Shown piece by piece: positions 60,801 through 64,000 of a stretch of 64,000 nucleotides of DNA (the first letter of the stretch is position 1; each line of letters begins with the position of its first letter). The notes under the pieces are model-generated. The model saw nothing but the letters and a program-made list of their open reading frames with translations. It did no database searches and was not told where the DNA came from. The stretch is from positions 35,030,001 to 35,094,000 of the forward strand of contig NC_135759.1 of NCBI RefSeq assembly GCF_052425735.1, in the 5' to 3' direction. Origin of the DNA: Oculina patagonica. Taxonomy: Eukaryota. The position numbers and the translations under genes are program-made.

Positions 60801-61833
60801 ATTGGGAACGAGGCAAAGCGCGCAGTCATTTTTTGCGCTTCAAGCTCAACAGACTGTGAAAATAAATAGGGACTGCTCGAAGACTAACCATAATTGGGGT
60901 CGGTGAGAGCAAAAATGCAATTGTTAGTTATTTAAAACACTTTTAAAATTTGTGCAAAGAAAAAGACAACTCACATCTTGATGTTACAAGATTAACTACA
61001 AAATTACTACAGTTTGTTACATCAACCATCATGAAATAAATCTTACCTTGCTCAGGTTAAAAACTGAGTTGCTCACGTTCGACAGCAGCATACAAATGTT
61101 GGTGGCAAAATCCACTTCATTAGGCATACCACATTGAAGTGAAAGGACAAGCTTATCAAAGTTTCTTGTTGGATCTGTTGAGTGAAAATGAAAAAAAAAA
61201 ATGCATACCTTGAATATTGCAAGCTAGCAAATATTATTAAACACTAACGAAAATGTTTGTCTACTGATATGATGGAACCTGTTTAGGATAAACGTATCAG
61301 TCTGTTATAATGTACAAGTTTACAATGCAGTAAACAAATCAAGTCAAAACTAACAGTAGTTATGGATGTTGATGGAAGAAAAGAATGGTTGAAAGAAATA
61401 CCTTTGCTTGTAGAAATGACAGAAATATAATCTGCAAAATCAAAGCAAACAAAATGTTTATTAAAGAACTGACTAGCAAAAAGCACAACATCTATCAAAA
61501 TAAATACTGAATACTTGGAAGAAGACAATTGAATGGAGCCATCATCCAGCTTTCAAGAACATATTATTTCTAGGTGTATACATATATAGAGTGGATAAGT
61601 CCTCAGGACTCTAGTGGACCACAAAACTAAAACTAACTAAAAGTTACTTTTAGTCAGCTGCATCATCCTGGACAGAATATGTTTCAGATTTTGTGTACAT
61701 ACCTGATGTTGCCACTGAGGGTACATGTGTGGGAAATGTGCCACCTCCAACTGGTGTATGAGGTCTCCCCGCTGACAGAACATCCTCAGCATCTTCTCCA
61801 AAGAAGTTAATTCTTTCAAAGCTTTCCAAGTAA
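42891..61833 (-). CDS. ARID2: AT-rich interactive domain protein 2 (BAF200, PBAF subunit), 5'-partial multi-exon gene
   Basis: ARID C-terminal helix [14 protein letters not shown] (61833-61703); [28 protein letters not shown] (61174-61048); [21 protein letters not shown]; RFX-like winged helix (LQATYEP...IYADYLSSC...LAFP); long Pro/Gln-rich exons (~49082-48088, 47635-45569); two C2H2 fingers (CRWNTC...H...H, CMWEGC...HLQQKH); terminal [17 protein letters not shown]...[19 protein letters not shown]...CLSEL; stop 42893-42891. Confidence 0.93.
43063..43365 (-). mobile_element. Full-length tRNA-derived CORE-like SINE in the last ARID2 intron
   Basis: 13-bp TSD AGTCAAACAGAAA (43050-43062, 43366-43378); homologous to 14027-14287. 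Confidence 0.88.
44424..44599. mobile_element. 176-bp MITE, same family as 19654-19829
   Basis: Identical TIRs, TA TSD, opposite orientation. Confidence 0.92.
50635..52083. mobile_element. 1.45-kb non-autonomous DNA transposon with TTAA TSD (Kolobok-like)
   Basis: TTAA-GGGCCCATTACAGTATC ... GATACTGTAATGGGCCC-TTAA; no transposase ORF recognised. Confidence 0.8.
53010..53255. repeat. Subterminal TGTCGG/CCGACA repeat cluster of the Merlin element
   Basis: Many direct and inverted TGTCGG(CC) motifs; mirrored at 56268-56350. Confidence 0.8.
53601..53627 (-). terminator. Histone-mRNA-type 3' stem-loop after ORF2
   Basis: Minus strand AAAAAC-GGCTCC-TTTA-GGAGCC-ACCAA, 25 nt after the TGA; 6-bp stem, 4-nt loop, consensus flanks. 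Confidence 0.72.
53647..54468 (-). CDS. Transposon ORF2: N-terminal Cys/His cluster, coiled coil, CCDC106-like C-terminal domain (273 aa)
   Basis: Intact ORF; CTVCGGAH...CEKRCGVC...CSC; heptad-rich middle; RYDQVM...SMACAF...RSTV...IAEL...GKLLPL resembles the CCDC106 C-terminus as I recall it (unverified). Confidence 0.8.
   Translation of the reverse strand: MSQRTRKCTVCGGAHAMLQCEKRCGVCNGDNRQCSCTVRPTQKRKKTAKSASSNPQRSYDELQKKYEALLKDHDRVGLAFQNQKEQNQELAQELQERESEAEELANIIRTKDEVVKNLERRLVNAKKVIHELRAEVEQLKQNDQPEREEPPTEQQQQHQQRNGSRVSTHSLASIHERYDQVMNVMMENRCSMACAFRLASCPRSTVRDFVAIAELKKVDARELDLVLRDQQVASVKQLETLCRRRLRRFIPVMENMRREGKLLPLKFDQRFYE
54469..54716. promoter_or_regulatory. Bidirectional histone-like promoter
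   Basis: Plus: GATCC 54661, TATAAA 54678, TCATTT ~54707. Minus: GATCC 54530-54526, TATAAA 54514-54509, ATCATT 54484-54479. Three ATTGG (CCAAT) at 54554, 54578, 54648; octamer-like TTTTGCAT 54606-54613. Confidence 0.7.
54717..55595 (+). CDS. Merlin/IS1595 (ISXO2-like) DDE transposase, 292 aa
   Basis: Zn-ribbon CSCG...WECPVNQC; [46 protein letters not shown] motifs; catalytic D-D-E all present. Confidence 0.93.
   Translation: MNHFEILTLIHSCHAVLTFLVDRGLLAARRRCSCGNDMVLRSDNSDDGYHWECPVNQCRKRRSIRAGSFFQDSKIPLHRWLYIIWLWSIDESNKKVSLLTGLSLRTVVKVLESLRDICTEKILQGNIKLGGRGKTVEIDESMFGHKRKYNRGRIGRGTWVFGMVERGTGRALAFRVPNRTRETLVTGLVQQFVEPGTLIISDKFSPYFNLNSIGYVHLMVNHSENFVDPYTGAHSNTIEGVWSQIKRKLKAMNGTQRERIPGYLDEFNWRKCFPGDPFDNVLAGIAEFYPPN
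55617..55643 (+). terminator. Histone-mRNA-type 3' stem-loop after the transposase
   Basis: AAAAAC-GGCTCC-TTTA-GGAGCC-ACCAA, 27 nt after the TAA; followed by purine-rich TGAAAG. Confidence 0.72.
57197..57591. mobile_element. Degenerate TA-flanked MITE
   Basis: TA-CCGTATTTATTTGAATAAACG ... GTTTAATCGAATAAGTATGG-TA. Confidence 0.6.
58710..59025. mobile_element. Old non-autonomous relative of the Merlin element
   Basis: GGCTTCTGTGAATAACAGCTCCC and GAGAACTGTTTTTCAC resemble the Merlin TIRs; decayed TGTTGGTCGACAG and TGTTGGCCAACAG repeats. Confidence 0.55.
60737..60878. repeat. Hairpin MITE
   Basis: AGCAGTCCCTATTTATTT..ACAGTCTGTTGAG / CTCAACAGACTGT..AAATAAATAGGGACTGCT; similar hairpin-type repeats near 9375-9455 and 9817-9975. 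Confidence 0.7.
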
Positions 61834-62932
61834 CTGACCACAAAAAAATAAATGTTTACTTAAAATGTAACACATTGACATACACAAAACTTATGGAGAT
61901 AAAATAACGTTCTAAAGATGTATCAGACTGCTGTGACTTGATGGTTACAAAAGAAGGCAAAGCAAAGTTTTCCTCTTTAAATAGAGCTTATATAGAAGAA
62001 TTGGCAAGTGAAAAAAGCACCAGGGACACTTCAAAGCCCTGAAGGATTCTTTTGGTGTTGAATATCAAAATAATGTAAGCAACTTGGATATGAGTCACCA
62101 GAAGAAATGAAAACCTTGACAAAGATCATGTTGCTAACTGACGATAATATTAAACATAGAAGAAAACAACTTAGGTTCATGCACACATTTGTGCCTTTCA
62201 AATAAAATGCTGTACTTCGTATTGTTTTCAAGATTCATAACAGCTTCTTTATTTAAGATGTGTGTTATGATCAAAGGGTTTATTGTTATGGAAGAGAGAT
62301 AAACCATTTGCTAGCATAAACTACCAACCAACCAAGTTACAAATTGGTTCAAGTTTAAAATTATACTACATTTTTACACTGAGGATATCTTTCTACTCAG
62401 GATGAGAAGAACATTAATATTACTCCTGATATTTACTCTTAAGTGTGGCAATATTATTGCCAAGTATTTATCCAAAATAGTGTTACAGTTTATGTTTATG
62501 TAAACAAGCTTAATTCAAACAGAAAACCATGTTTGATTACCAACAACATGCTTAACAAGAATATAAAGCAAATCTTTGCACTAATTTCAACTTTTCTTTG
62601 TTAGTAAATATATATGAACATACTGCGATAAAGATAAAGCATGGCTTTTGACTATGGCTGGGTTCTACATTTCTGCAAGTCCAGTATCCCTAAAACGGAC
62701 AATATACATGTACATACATGTAATATATGCCTAGTGCAACAGTTCTAAGTGCAGTGATGTCAAGTACATGATCTTTATCTTTCATTTGATCAGTACATCA
62801 GGGTTGTATGCAAAGCTTTTTATACGGTGGCTACTGAATCAAACAAAGAGATGCAGATCTCTTTAAAGATGAGTTTAGCATTGACCTTACTCAGAAAAAA
62901 GAATCCTCAATACTGAATTAATACCAAGAGAC

Positions 62933-63576
62933 CAGTGCTCGACACTAACTTTTTTGGATACTCGGCAGTGGGCTAGCAAGTACAAATAATCACTAGCCAA
63001 CAAGGACAAGTCACTAGCCCCCCTCCCCCTCCCCCCCTAAAAAATTAAATTTAAAAAGCCGAGTTTGAATCAGCTAATCACTCAGCGCTATATTTTTTTG
63101 AGTCCACACAAGTACATCCTTCCTTCACTGAATTGCAGCAACGAATATGCTTTCTTCCAACTCGGTTGAAATTTGTTGACCCTTGATTACCCTTCTTTTT
63201 TGAAATCTTAAAATCTCCTACGCAGTGACTGCTCGTGCGAAAAAATCCAAGATGGCGGAACTTAATGGTAGCTCTCTCCCAGGCCACTTTTGAGTAATAT
63301 GGAAGCGAGTATGGGGGCCTTTTCCAAGATGGCGTCAGGTTTGCGAGTCCATCGTACGATGGATCGCAAGCCCTCTGGTTTAAATTACTCAAGCCATGGA
63401 AACTAGATCCTCATGAAGGTTTCTAGGAGAAAAACTTCCCAAGTAAAAGAGTTGTACGTAATTTCTTTTTTCACGAAACTTACTAGTCTACGGGCTAGTA
63501 GGAGCGTACTTTTACTAGCCCAGCATGAAGTTTTACTAGACCCGGGCTAGTGTACTAGCGTTAGTGTCGAGCACTG
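62933..63576. mobile_element. Non-autonomous hAT-like element with 5-bp TSD
   Basis: TIR CAGTGCTCGACACTAAC / GTTAGTGTCGAGCACTG; GAGAC on both sides; subterminal ACTAGCC repeats. Confidence 0.75.
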
Positions 63577-64000
63577 GAGACCATGAATTATTTGTTTAAA
63601 ATAACTTTCTATACATTCAAAACAACAAAAGATGAGAACTATACAGAGCAGACATGAGTTACAGATAGAAGAATTTTCTGCCTGCATTATAATTTTCATT
63701 AAAATGCAAGCCTGGGCTATTTCCCTGACATTATGTGACTACAAAAATAGCAAAAAATAGTCAGTAATGCTAGACAATGTTGCCTCCGTTTAGGTATCAT
63801 ATTTATATCGTATATCTTGGAAGTGGGAAGACACGGGAAGGATGTGCTAGAAAATGAGACTAATCTTTTCAGGTAATTTCTAATAGTCAGTACCTAGCAA
63901 CTAAGCAACTACCCTGTAAAGACAAAACATTTTTACTGAACTTTGGGTTTCACACTAAAACACATGGCTATTTGTTCGACTAAAAAATTGATACTAACAG

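Overview
Intron-rich, AT-rich animal genomic DNA; the repeat families and gene architecture suggest an anthozoan/stony coral (inference). The ORF track misses most real genes because they are spliced. I reconstructed four gene models by hand from GT/GC-AG boundaries and intron phase. (1) A 4-exon, 88-aa secreted cysteine-rich prepropeptide with insulin-like Cys topology (6162-8793 +). (2) A complete 22-exon NARFL/CIAO3 gene (40193-10976 -). (3) Nested antisense inside NARFL intron 12, a 21-exon gene for a signal-peptide/TM protein with 17 tandem repeat units, 16 of them as symmetric phase-0 exons (15259-27685 +). (4) The 3' ~19 kb of ARID2 (- strand, 5' end not located). The strongest candidate for an undescribed system is an intact 3.4-kb Merlin (IS1595-like) DNA transposon in an ARID2 intron (52980-56379, 8-bp TSD). 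It carries two divergent intronless genes, a transposase and a CCDC106-like protein, arranged like a replication-dependent histone gene pair: a ~250-bp bidirectional CCAAT/GATCC/TATA promoter and an identical histone-type 3' stem-loop after each stop codon. The window also holds a CRE-like RLE retrotransposon inserted in an (ATT)n tract, several truncated LINEs, tRNA-derived SINEs and many MITEs.
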